DNA of 64,000 bases from Bacteroidia bacterium (GTDB lineage Bacteria; Bacteroidota; Bacteroidia; NS11-12g; UBA9320): NCBI GenBank assembly GCA_965216465.1, contig CBDCFW010000005.1, positions 512,001 through 576,000 on the forward strand. The letters run 5' to 3'. Every line of letters starts with the position of its first letter. Position 1 is the stretch's first letter. Shown here piece after piece: positions 10,006 through 19,935 of the stretch. The notes beneath the pieces are model-generated. The model was given only the letters and a program-made list of their open reading frames with translations, did no database searches and was not told the DNA's origin. A program made the translations under genes and the position numbers.

Positions 10006-10959
10006 TCAATTTACCAATGGTTCACTCTTCAACGAAACATTTATTTTATCAGCGAGAACCTTAGCCAGTTTGAAAAATGAATTTTCTGTTAAACCACCTA
10101 TATGGGGAGTAAGTATAACTCGCTCATTATTAGTTAAATAATTGTATTCTTGTTGCTGCTCATCAGTCATGTTATGAATATCTTCATTTTCAAGAACATC
10201 CAAAGCACATGCTATTATTTTGCCATTTTCAAGTCCGTTTATCAAATCTGAAGTTTTTACAACTTTTCCTCGAGATAAATTAAGCAGGTAAAATGGCTTT
10301 TTCTGATTATCAATAAATGACCGATTCACCATAAATTTTGATGATTCATTCAGAGGTACATGCAGCGTAATTATATCCGCACGTGATTGTAGTTCTTCAA
10401 GGCTTACTTCTTCAACCCACGAGTTACCAAATCCCGACACAAATCGATCGTAAGCAAGCACCTCGCATCCAAATCCTTTTAATCTTTGAGCTAGATGAGA
10501 CCCAACGTTACCAAAGCCAATTATTCCAACAGTTTGGCTTTCAAGCTCAATTCCCGAGTTTGCCTTGCGATTCCAGATGTTTCGATCAACCTCTCTACTG
10601 CCTTTATGAATCTTACTAAGCAAACTCAGCATCATGCCAATGGTTTGCTCGGCAACCGCATTTCGGTTACCCTCTGGAGCATTCAAACACTTAATCCCAC
10701 GCTTTTCAGCATAAGCAACATCAATGTTATCAAGGCCTGACCCTAATCTGCCAATGATTTTCAGCTGAGGTGCTAAATCAATCCATTCACTTGTGAACTG
10801 TAGTTTAGTTCTTAGGATGAGTACGGTACAGTGCTTCAGTTTTTCTGGAAGTTCTTTTAGAGATATATTCGGACAATAGTCCAAGTCATGGTCACTGAGT
10901 TCATCCCGTAAAACGGGATGAACTTCGTCTATGACCACTATGCGTTCTGTTTTGTTCAA
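10006..10959 (-). CDS. D-2-hydroxyacid dehydrogenase (phosphoglycerate dehydrogenase-like)
   Basis: GRLGSGLDNID, VGIIGFGNVG, LNLSRG, ALDVLENE, LTPHIGG. Confidence 0.9.
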   Translation of the reverse strand: MNKTERIVVIDEVHPVLRDELSDHDLDYCPNISLKELPEKLKHCTVLILRTKLQFTSEWIDLAPQLKIIGRLGSGLDNIDVAYAEKRGIKCLNAPEGNRNAVAEQTIGMMLSLLSKIHKGSREVDRNIWNRKANSGIELESQTVGIIGFGNVGSHLAQRLKGFGCEVLAYDRFVSGFGNSWVEEVSLEELQSRADIITLHVPLNESSKFMVNRSFIDNQKKPFYLLNLSRGKVVKTSDLINGLENGKIIACALDVLENEDIHNMTDEQQQEYNYLTNNERVILTPHIGGLTENSFFKLAKVLADKINVSLKSEPLVN

Positions 10960-10976
10960 AAGGGTTACAAATATGC

Positions 10977-13900
10977 CTAAAATGAAGTTCTAACCGTAAA
11001 ATTAATCATTCGAGGTTGACCAAAGTTATTTGGGTTATTCTGTTTCAGGCTGTAGTAGTTAACAAACGATTGAGCGTTCAGTTCATTACTAACTTGTTGC
11101 TGCCCTTGCGGTGAAGTTAAGTAGCCGTCATCGTTTGCTAACGACGAATACTGGTATACATTGTAGATGTTTTGAATGTTTAGGATGTTCAAGGCACTTA
11201 ATTGGAAAGTTAAGATTTGTCTGTCTTTCAGTATCATAGATTTTGAGATTGAAAGTTCAAGATTTGTATTCCAAGGCATTCTTGATCCAAATGGATTTCC
11301 TTTTATTGGACTTCTTGAGGCATTTCCTAAGCTTTGAGCTTCAGCAACAGCTATTAACTTAGCTGTGTACGGCGTACCTGATTGTGTGTTAGCATATGCA
11401 CTGATCACCATGTGCTTGAAAATTCTTCTTCCTGTGAATTTCGCCAAAGAGTCTAAGCTAAATGTTGCATTAATATTAAACTTATGTCGAATGTCATACT
11501 CTAGCGGATAAAGGCTTCTTAGATTTGGTTGGTTAGCTTGAATAAGTGCTGCAGCTGAGTTTACATTTGATCCTGTACCATCGGCAAATTGCAATAGGTA
11601 ACCAGCCCTCAAATCGAGGCTAGGTAAAGGCAGTTGATACTCTGTTCTAAATGATTTTACAGTAGAGAAATCAATATTATCATAAGTTACGTAACTTCTT
11701 GGATATGCTTGCTCTACGCTAACAAGGTTAATGTCTCCTCTAATTTCAGCATAGCCAGCAGAAATGTTTAAGATGCTTTGTCTACCTAATACTTGTTTAA
11801 ATCCAAACTTGTAGTCGGTTCTTCTGGCTGGTTTTAAATCTGGATTTGGTAATACAGTGTTAGACGCATTCTCAAGGAAGTAATAATTACTTATTGGTGC
11901 AAACGACTGACCATAGTTAGGTCTTTGAGCGAACTTATCGTAGTACGCATAAAACAATGCAGTTGTGTTTATTGGAAATGAAAAAGATAAACGAGGAAGT
12001 ACTATAATTTCAGGATCAAAATCGCGGAACGACTCTAACGACAATCGCTGGTTTGGATCGTTCAAGTACGGCTGAATAACCCCATTGTTTGTTCTTATTC
12101 TTAAGTATTCTGGAGACTGTACTTCAATTCCCGATTCGTTATACCATGTGCTTCCATCACGGTAACCTACTACCACGTTTGGATTCTCCAGATCATCTAC
12201 ATAAATAGCTGCGTCTTGGCTAATATTTGAAGGATGACTAACAGCCTCCCCACCTATTTCGTCCACTTCTGCAACTGTTCTTATTGGATAAAGACTAAAT
12301 CTGTCTTTAAGCACCAATTGATTTGCATCAAAACGTTCAACACGTGCACCTACTCTTAGTTTTATTTTCTCTAGCACAAATTTATCTTGAATCCACATTG
12401 CGGTGTAGTTAGGATTATATGCCGAGATGTAACGATTTTTTTCGTCAAGTAAGAACGAATTGATTCCTTTATTCTTCGGTTGTAAGTTTCCATAAGCGTC
12501 ATATCCAGCATAGCTAACATATCCATTACCATTATTCCAAAGTTCATCGGCGGTGAACATTTCCAAGCTCAACATATCAGGGCTAACACTGTTTACATCG
12601 ATGAAATGAGCATTGCCGCTGTGATAGCCATTCTGGTCATCAACCAATGCTCTCAATTGCTGGTCAAAATTGGTTTGGTCTTGCTTATCTTCAACCCAAT
12701 TGTATGAAACTGAATCCGTGAAAACTCCATTCTGATCATAGGTCAAAATTGGATTGTTTAAATCAGGCTTTATGAATTGCTGATTTAATAATTGAGGCAT
12801 AAGCTGCCACAATGCATTGGCATTAAGCGAGTAAAAAGACTGTCTTCGTTGCTCAAACAAGAGTCCAAGTTGTACATCGTGCTGACGATTTAACTCTCGT
12901 GTAGGATTCACTCCCAATTCAATAATTGCATTCAAACTTGCTTTTTGTACATCTGACTTTGAATAATTGGTTACAATAGTTCCGGGTGCATACCACATAC
13001 TGTGAATAGCTCCTGCATTTTGCCCATTCAGCAAACCCTGCTCTTGACTTAGCTGGGTTAAATTTTGAATGTGGCTCCGTCTGAAGACTTCAGAAGTAAT
13101 AGCAGAGCGATAAGGATTTAGAGCAGATGGGGTAAACGACACCGATGTATCTTGATACCCCATCCATCTATAGTATCCTTCTTGTTTCACTGGATTGCCA
13201 TTTTGGTCTAAAACATGCAATTCGTCATCAACATACTGATAAATGTCTTGGCCGCTGGTTTCAAATTCTCCAATATGGCCATAATTGAATATGTTATCTA
13301 AGTGATAGGGGTCTTTAGTTTCTGCATTCAGTCGTTGGTAGTCTGCTATCAAAACATAACTAATCTTACTTATCCATGAGCTATCGTATATAAGCTCCCC
13401 TTTACTGTCGTAAGGACTCTTTAGTTGGTGCAATATTTGGAAATTCAAGTTTCCTGTTCGTGATATGTTCAAAGGATTATGGTCTGAATTTAACAACGAG
13501 TTAGAAAATGAAAATAGGTTTCTTCTGTTATACTGAAAAGTTGGCTCTAAGCGAAGTGTAACTCTTTCAGATGGTTTCCAATTTAGAAGTATGCCTGCAT
13601 ATCCTACACCTGTTGCGGCATTCTTTTTTGCTGAAATTTGTTCAAATTGTTCATTCGTAAATTGATTAGAAGTTGGAAGCTCTGTTCCTCCAGGTGCAGT
13701 TGTAAATGGATTCTCTAATAAGGCCAATTTATCTTCATCAGACAGCGCATACAGATTTACATAAGAAGGGTTAGGGTCTTTGTTATAATCGAAGTATAAT
13801 GAAGTAGCAATAGACATTCTCGTCTTTCCTTCAACCACCTTAAGCGGCTGATACCAATAAGTCTCTAGAGCATTTTGATGAAAAGCATTAAAAGGGCTGG

Positions 13901-14606
13901 ATGAGCGGAATAACATTTTTCTTCGTTTCACCGAATCCAGTCTTTGAAAGGTGTTGTACTCTACAGCACCTCCAATAAAATCACCATACATTGCCGGAAC
14001 CCCAGAGGTGATTGCTCTAACTTCTTCAACATCTAAACTGGTTGGAGATGTTGGCCCAATTCTGGTGGTGTTGTTTTTAATCACAGAAAGCTGTCCGAGC
14101 CTTGCTCCAGGACCTTGTAAACGACCTCCTCTTTCAAGCATATCTATACTCTTTCCAATTCCACTTATAACATCTGTTCGCGTTCCGGTTTGCAACTCGT
14201 CACCGGTTACTCCTGGTCCTCCACCGGTTCCAACATCGAGACCTTTGCTGTGATACTTTGTTACACCATCAATAATCTTCATTGTTGAAGTTAAGTTGAC
14301 GGTTTCAAACTTTGATTGGTTAGATTGTAGGTAAAAAGAGTTTTCATAGGTCGAATAGCCCTGGCATTTAACAACAAGCGTATAATTTCCGGAGGTGAGG
14401 TTATTAAAAATAAACCCTCCATTTTGATCCAGGTAGCGGCCCGCAACCTGAGACCCTTCTTTAAGAAGTTGAACATAGGCTAGGTCTTTTGAAGTAGAGT
14501 CTTCGGCAGGAAAATTGACCTTCCCTCTAAGGTCAGAAAATTGAGCAAATGCACTGCCACAGAACAGCACAGATACAAGGGTAAAAAGCAAATATTTTCT
14601 TAGCAT
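10977..14606 (-). CDS. Second TonB-dependent-receptor-like protein, paralogue of 6158-9919
   Basis: Shares long blocks with 6158-9919 (LWQLMPQL, FTADELWNNGN, RVERFDANQ, DGTGSNxNSAAALIQANxPNLRSLYP). Confidence 0.8.
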   Translation of the reverse strand: MLRKYLLFTLVSVLFCGSAFAQFSDLRGKVNFPAEDSTSKDLAYVQLLKEGSQVAGRYLDQNGGFIFNNLTSGNYTLVVKCQGYSTYENSFYLQSNQSKFETVNLTSTMKIIDGVTKYHSKGLDVGTGGGPGVTGDELQTGTRTDVISGIGKSIDMLERGGRLQGPGARLGQLSVIKNNTTRIGPTSPTSLDVEEVRAITSGVPAMYGDFIGGAVEYNTFQRLDSVKRRKMLFRSSSPFNAFHQNALETYWYQPLKVVEGKTRMSIATSLYFDYNKDPNPSYVNLYALSDEDKLALLENPFTTAPGGTELPTSNQFTNEQFEQISAKKNAATGVGYAGILLNWKPSERVTLRLEPTFQYNRRNLFSFSNSLLNSDHNPLNISRTGNLNFQILHQLKSPYDSKGELIYDSSWISKISYVLIADYQRLNAETKDPYHLDNIFNYGHIGEFETSGQDIYQYVDDELHVLDQNGNPVKQEGYYRWMGYQDTSVSFTPSALNPYRSAITSEVFRRSHIQNLTQLSQEQGLLNGQNAGAIHSMWYAPGTIVTNYSKSDVQKASLNAIIELGVNPTRELNRQHDVQLGLLFEQRRQSFYSLNANALWQLMPQLLNQQFIKPDLNNPILTYDQNGVFTDSVSYNWVEDKQDQTNFDQQLRALVDDQNGYHSGNAHFIDVNSVSPDMLSLEMFTADELWNNGNGYVSYAGYDAYGNLQPKNKGINSFLLDEKNRYISAYNPNYTAMWIQDKFVLEKIKLRVGARVERFDANQLVLKDRFSLYPIRTVAEVDEIGGEAVSHPSNISQDAAIYVDDLENPNVVVGYRDGSTWYNESGIEVQSPEYLRIRTNNGVIQPYLNDPNQRLSLESFRDFDPEIIVLPRLSFSFPINTTALFYAYYDKFAQRPNYGQSFAPISNYYFLENASNTVLPNPDLKPARRTDYKFGFKQVLGRQSILNISAGYAEIRGDINLVSVEQAYPRSYVTYDNIDFSTVKSFRTEYQLPLPSLDLRAGYLLQFADGTGSNVNSAAALIQANQPNLRSLYPLEYDIRHKFNINATFSLDSLAKFTGRRIFKHMVISAYANTQSGTPYTAKLIAVAEAQSLGNASRSPIKGNPFGSRMPWNTNLELSISKSMILKDRQILTFQLSALNILNIQNIYNVYQYSSLANDDGYLTSPQGQQQVSNELNAQSFVNYYSLKQNNPNNFGQPRMINFTVRTSF

Positions 14607-14695
14607 AATTGTGAGTTTTCACACTAAGTTCGGAAATGCTTTTTGTCAAAATAAGGTGCTTTTACAAACGGATGACATTAGCCAACCAACACCAA

Positions 14696-15493
14696 TTATA
14701 AATTGAGGAGTGTTTTTTCGAAATTCACAGATTCGCCTAAGAACAAGGCCGCCTCTTGAATAAACTCATCTGTAATATCTGAAAGGTGAAATTCGTCTTT
14801 CTTTTTAGTTTCATCTTTATTAAGAAGTTGAAATTCTTCCAGCCTTTTTTGTACAGTTTCGGCAACGATCTTTGGGGTATGAAGCACTTTTAGACTGTTA
14901 TTGAAGTACTTTTCAATTTCTTTATAGATAATTGGGTAATGGGTACATGCAGGAATCATCAGGTCGCACTCATGAAAGTCTTTGAAATACTTATCAAACA
15001 CAGGAAATAGTACTTCCTCACCGATAAATCCTTCTTCTATTACAGGAACGAGTAATGGAGTAGCCTTAGCTGTGATTTTTAGATTTGGATTGCGTTCGGC
15101 CAAGGTCTTATTAAACATACCTGACCCTATAGTCTTACGTGTACCAATAATACCAATGTTGTGAAATTTACTTTGGGTCGAAATCAGGTCGATGATTGGA
15201 CTGATTACTTCAACTACCGCCGATCTTTGAAATGGCAGCGTTGCTTTGCTAATAACTGTAGTCGCACTGTTGCAGGCCACTACAATCATTTTACAAGATT
15301 TATCTTTTAAAAATTGAGCGATAGACTCGACATAAGAGATCAGCGCATCTTCACTCTTATCTCCATAAGGCAAATGAGCAGTATCACCATAATAGATGAA
15401 CTGCTCATTTGGCAATGTTTTTTTCAGGGCTTTTAGAACGGTTAAACCGCCAAGTCCTGAGTCAAAAACGCCTATAGGTTGAGACGCTTTGAT
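14696..15493 (-). CDS. murI: Glutamate racemase (start extended upstream of the ORF call; apparent non-AUG start)
   Basis: In-frame upstream IKASQPIGVFDSGLGGLTVLKAL, then YYGDTAHLPYG, VACNSAT and ACTHYP. Confidence 0.92.
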   Translation of the reverse strand: MKASQPIGVFDSGLGGLTVLKALKKTLPNEQFIYYGDTAHLPYGDKSEDALISYVESIAQFLKDKSCKMIVVACNSATTVISKATLPFQRSAVVEVISPIIDLISTQSKFHNIGIIGTRKTIGSGMFNKTLAERNPNLKITAKATPLLVPVIEEGFIGEEVLFPVFDKYFKDFHECDLMIPACTHYPIIYKEIEKYFNNSLKVLHTPKIVAETVQKRLEEFQLLNKDETKKKDEFHLSDITDEFIQEAALFLGESVNFEKTLLNL

Positions 15494-15500
15494 GGTCTTT

Positions 15501-16004
15501 TTAATTAATGTTTAATTTAGCTTTTACAAGCGGAAGTAAGTCGTGACTTTCTGAGCTGTAAATAATGCCGCCACCTTCAGAAGAGTCTACAACATAGTCG
15601 TAACCTTTTTCTTTAGCTACAGCAGAGATGGCTTCATCCATCATCTGAAAAACTGGTGCAAGCTTTTCATTTTCGCTGTTTTGAAGTGCTTGACTTGCTC
15701 TTTGTTGAAGCTCTTGTAAAGAATTTTGAAGATCTTCAAGTTCCTTCGTTCTAACTTGAAGCTGCTCTTCAGTCAGTATATCCATTTCCTTTTGAAGTTT
15801 TTCATACTTCTCTTTAAGTTCAGTTTCTTTACTTCCATACATCGCCTGCCACATGCTAGTTTCATTTGCTAGTTCTTGTTTTATGGTATCCACCTGAGGC
15901 ATCATCTGAAATAATTCTGTTCTGTTTACGTGACCAATCTTGGTTTGTGCTTGTGCTGCAAACGTGCAGGTAATGATTGCTAAAATTGCTAATACTTTTT
16001 TCAT
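15501..16004 (-). CDS. OmpH/Skp periplasmic chaperone
   Basis: Signal peptide, KIGHVN, coiled-coil body, VAKEKGYDYVVD. Confidence 0.9.
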   Translation of the reverse strand: MKKVLAILAIITCTFAAQAQTKIGHVNRTELFQMMPQVDTIKQELANETSMWQAMYGSKETELKEKYEKLQKEMDILTEEQLQVRTKELEDLQNSLQELQQRASQALQNSENEKLAPVFQMMDEAISAVAKEKGYDYVVDSSEGGGIIYSSESHDLLPLVKAKLNIN

Positions 16005-16037
16005 TTCTATTGTTGTGTATCTATATTCTAAGTTAAA

Positions 16038-16631
16038 TTATCTTGGAGGTAAATCGTCGTCTGAACCGCCACTCGGAGGCAAGTCTCCTCCAGAACCACC
16101 ACCTTTAAGTGGAACTACGCCTAGTTCTTCAAGTACCTCATCACTTCGATCGTATTTTGGATTTGAAACCAACATGAGCATATCGCCACTCTTATCGAAG
16201 ATAAAATCGAGTCCGTTGTTTTTGGCTACTTTATTTATCGCCTCATAAACCTTGTCTTGAATAGGTTTAATGAGCTCTTGTCTCTTCTTAAAAAGTTCTC
16301 CATCGTATCCAAACTTTTCGTTTTGAAGTCTTTTGGCTTCACGCTCTTTTTCAATGATTTCATTCTCACGTTTTGCCTGCATGTCAGCTGTAAGTAGAAC
16401 TTTTTCAGCCTGATAAGCTTTGTACATTTTATCGATTTCCTCGAATTTAGCATCTATTTCTTCTTGCCATTCTTTGCTTAACTCATCGAGTTGAGTTTGG
16501 GCTGATTTATAGCTGGGCATTTGTGAAAGAATATACTCTGAGTCTACATAAGCAAACCTTTGAGCAGATGCGTTCATACCAAATAAAAGGAAAAGAGATA
16601 AGATAGATATGGTTTTAAAAATCGATTTCAT
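16038..16631 (-). CDS. OmpH/Skp periplasmic chaperone
   Basis: Probable start MKSIFK at 16631; QRFAYVDSEYIL, KRQELIKPIQDKVY, DFIFDKS. Confidence 0.9.
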   Translation of the reverse strand: MKSIFKTISILSLFLLFGMNASAQRFAYVDSEYILSQMPSYKSAQTQLDELSKEWQEEIDAKFEEIDKMYKAYQAEKVLLTADMQAKRENEIIEKEREAKRLQNEKFGYDGELFKKRQELIKPIQDKVYEAINKVAKNNGLDFIFDKSGDMLMLVSNPKYDRSDEVLEELGVVPLKGGGSGGDLPPSGGSDDDLPPR

Positions 16632-16765
16632 TGATGTTTTTTCTGTTACAAATACACAAAGCGTGCTAAACTTCTCAATGTGGTGCAAACATATAAAAAT
16701 TTGGGGCTATCGCTTGATTTATAGCGTTTTTTTAACCGCATATATTTCGTACATTTTTAAGTACA

Positions 16766-17302
16766 CTAATGTACCAATTGAAGGCTCTGTGTGGTGATTG
16801 AATTACTGATGTTAAGTTCTCTGTCTATTAGTTTAATTTCGAATTGCACCTCATCTGGGTAGATGTCGAATGGATTTGTTGTAAGTGTTACTTTTATTGT
16901 TCCTGATATTGCCTTGCTTGCATTTTCTGCAGTTAAATGTGGAATTCGCTCATGCTGATTCCCGTACAATTCTTGATTATCTGGGTTTTTCACCTCTTCA
17001 AAAACTCCATTGTTTTTAACCATATACTTAATGGGTAGGTTATGATAAAACATTCCGCCGTAATTGAAGGGAGGAGCTGTGTCAGTTTCTGACAAGCCTA
17101 TGTTTCCATCTCCATCTTCGTAGTTTATAATAATCTCAATCAAACTGTCATTACCCGATATACTTTTCAATGTTGTTAAAGACTTTAAAGAAATAACCGG
17201 TGTGGTACTGTAGCTTACAGACTCTGTTTTACATGAAGCCAATAGCATCAATATTGCGAGAGTTGCTAACTTTGACGTTGATATAATGAATTTGCCTGAC
17301 AT
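16766..17302 (-). CDS. Hypothetical lipoprotein
   Basis: Lipobox LLASC; INYEDGDGNIG and IDRELNISNSITT motifs; probable start 17302. Confidence 0.7.
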   Translation of the reverse strand: MSGKFIISTSKLATLAILMLLASCKTESVSYSTTPVISLKSLTTLKSISGNDSLIEIIINYEDGDGNIGLSETDTAPPFNYGGMFYHNLPIKYMVKNNGVFEEVKNPDNQELYGNQHERIPHLTAENASKAISGTIKVTLTTNPFDIYPDEVQFEIKLIDRELNISNSITTQSLQLVH

Positions 17303-18251
17303 CAATACTATTTTGAATTTGAATGAGCACAATTTTAACGCGATTGCTCTCCAGTTATTTCAATTTCAGGCTAAAAATAATGCTGTTTATAGTGAATACA
17401 TACAATTAATTGACAAACAACCCGATAAAGTTGAGCATTTCACTGATATTCCCTTCCTTCCTATATCTTTTTTTAAGACGCATAAAGTCGTTTCTAGCAC
17501 ATTTGAAGCTGAAACCATTTTTGAGTCAAGTAGTACAACTGGAACAGGCACGAGCAAGCATTTAGTTCGTCACCTGTCTGACTATCATGCTACGGCAAAG
17601 AAGATAATTGAATCTTTAGTGGGCCAGCTAAACAAGTATGAGATATTAGGTCTTTTACCGAACTATTTAGAAAGAGGAAACTCTTCGCTAGTAAACATGG
17701 TAAAGGCTTTTATGGATATGAATAGTCAAGATGATTCATTTTATCTATATGAGCATGATGCCTTGAATACAAAACTTCTTGCCTCAGGTAACAAGATTCT
17801 GTTTGGAGTGAGCTTCGCTTTGCTTGATTTTGCCGAAAAATACAAGGTCAATTCGAAAGATCTAACCATCATCGAAACTGGCGGAATGAAAGGACGTAAA
17901 AAAGAACTCACGAAGTCTGAAGTGTATAGTGCCCTAAGAGCATCATTTCCTGAAGCACAAATCATATCGGAATATGGTATGACTGAACTAACAAGTCAGG
18001 CATACTCTAACGAGGAAGGCATATATACTTGTCCAAGTTGGATGAAAATTTTACCACGAACCGATAACGACCCACTCAAATTACAGGAATATGGAAAGAC
18101 TGCAGCACTGAATATTATCGACCTAGCAAATATTCATTCATGTGCCTTCATTGCTACTGATGATTTAGGAAAGGTATATAATGATGGCCGTTTCGAGGTG
18201 GTTGGGCGATTAGACCACGCTGATTTACGTGGATGCAGTTTGATGGTATGA
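17286..18251 (+). CDS. LuxE/PaaK-like acyl-protein synthetase
   Basis: IPFLPISFFK, FESSSTTG, IETGGMKGR, SEYGMTEL, FIATDDLG, RGCSLM. Confidence 0.85.
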   Translation: MNLPDINTILNLNEHNFNAIALQLFQFQAKNNAVYSEYIQLIDKQPDKVEHFTDIPFLPISFFKTHKVVSSTFEAETIFESSSTTGTGTSKHLVRHLSDYHATAKKIIESLVGQLNKYEILGLLPNYLERGNSSLVNMVKAFMDMNSQDDSFYLYEHDALNTKLLASGNKILFGVSFALLDFAEKYKVNSKDLTIIETGGMKGRKKELTKSEVYSALRASFPEAQIISEYGMTELTSQAYSNEEGIYTCPSWMKILPRTDNDPLKLQEYGKTAALNIIDLANIHSCAFIATDDLGKVYNDGRFEVVGRLDHADLRGCSLMV

Positions 18252-18961
18252 CAACGACAGAATTACTCGAAAATATCGCACATAGACCTTTTGCTCTTCC
18301 CGAAGGCAAATGGAAGTTCTATCAAGAATGGAATCACGTCGTTTTTCTGCATTGGAAAGTTGATCCGCAAAAATTAAAAGACCACCTTCCCTCCTCTTTA
18401 GAAATTGATTTACATGATGGAGATGCATGGGTGAGTATTGTGGCATTTAGAATGGAAAAAGTACGTCCGAGAGGACTTCCTGAAGTTGAATTCATTTCCA
18501 ATTTTGATGAAATAAACATTAGAACCTATGTAAAATACAAAGGAAAGCCTGCAGTTCACTTCTTAAATATTGAAGCAGGGAAATGGCTTTCAACTATTCT
18601 TGCAGGTTCAATATCAGGACTTCCCTACACCAAATCTAAAATTCACTCAACATCATCAACCTATAAATCAACCAATGGTTTTGACTCTCTAGACTTATCC
18701 ATTATTCGAAGCGGTAACACCTTCGAAGCAGACAATCTTGATTTATGGTTGACCGAACGCTATGCTTTGGCCCAAGGTAAAGGCTCTCAAGTTACTTCAT
18801 ACGATATCCACCATGTTCAATGGCCATTAGAAGAAGTACAATTGGATCAATTTAGTTGTAACTATCCTAAATATAATGCGTTATTAAAAGGGAGGCCTCT
18901 TCGCACACACTATTCTTCGGGAGTTCAAGTATTGGCATGGCCCAAAATAAAAGTTAAGTAA
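18248..18961 (+). CDS. YqjF/DUF2071 family protein
   Basis: QEWNHVVFLHW, FDEINIRTYV, WLTERY, IHHVQWPL; ATG at 18248 overlaps the upstream TGA. Confidence 0.85.
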   Translation: MTTTELLENIAHRPFALPEGKWKFYQEWNHVVFLHWKVDPQKLKDHLPSSLEIDLHDGDAWVSIVAFRMEKVRPRGLPEVEFISNFDEINIRTYVKYKGKPAVHFLNIEAGKWLSTILAGSISGLPYTKSKIHSTSSTYKSTNGFDSLDLSIIRSGNTFEADNLDLWLTERYALAQGKGSQVTSYDIHHVQWPLEEVQLDQFSCNYPKYNALLKGRPLRTHYSSGVQVLAWPKIKVK

Positions 18962-19935
18962 TGATAGCAGTACATCGCACTCAGTATTGAGGACCTGAAG
19001 TTCTCAGTTTGAAAGAAAAAGAAATTCCAATCCCCGCTAAAAATGAGCTGTTGATTCGCATTCATGCTACGACAGTAAATCGAACTGATTGTGGTATTCT
19101 TTGGGCGAATCCTCCTTTGATCAGATTGTTCACCGGCTTGTTCAAACCGAAACATCAAACCCCTGGGACGGACTTCAGTGGGGTTGTGGAGCAAGTAGGA
19201 AGCGAGGTTGCAGATTTTAAACCGGGTGACCGAGTTTGGGGGCTATTCGATGAAGGTCTGCAATCTCAAGCAGAGTACATGACCATCTCTACAAAGAGAG
19301 CCATAGCAAGAATTCCGGATCATATTTCTTTTGAGTTGGCAGCAGCTTCTGGCGAAGGAGCTCACTATGCCTACAATATGATCATTAAAGCAGACCTCAA
19401 CAAGGTAAAAAGAGCATTGGTTTATGGAGCAACCGGGGCAATAGGATCTGCGGCCGTTCAGTTGCTACGGCACTTTAATATTCCTGTTACTGCCGTTGGA
19501 AATGAAAGGAATAGAGACATGGTAAATGGTCTTGGTGCTGAGAAGGTTTATGCCTACGACACAGAAGACTTCACACAAGATGAGCATCAATACGATTTAA
19601 TCTTGGATGCGGTTGGTAAGTCATCTTTTGACGTATGCAAACCGCTCTTAACCCCGACAGGCATATACATGTCGTCAGAACTTGGGCCAGGAGCTGAGAA
19701 CTTATACCTTCCATTAACCACGAAACTAAAAGGAAAAAAACGTGTAATCTTTCCTGTACCTAGCAATTGCAATCGAAGTGTTAAGCTCATTACTGAACTT
19801 TTAAATAATAATGAATTTAGGCCGGTAATAGACAAGATCTATTCTGCACAGCAAATCAAAGAGGCGTATGAATATGTGAATAGCGGACAGAAAACCGGAA
19901 ATGTGATTGTAAACTTTGCCGAAAAAACCAGTTAG
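18961..19935 (+). CDS. MDR-family NAD(P)-dependent alcohol dehydrogenase / quinone oxidoreductase, with in-frame TGA at codon 10 (possible pseudogene)
   Basis: ATG 18961 gives MIAVHRTQY*GPEVL; downstream PGTDFSGVVE, LVYGATGAIG, GQKTGNV. Confidence 0.8.

Noticed and set aside
18988-18990. TGA recoding (Gly, Trp or Sec)
   Set aside because: TGA is a normal stop in several genes here; this is a single instance at a non-Cys position
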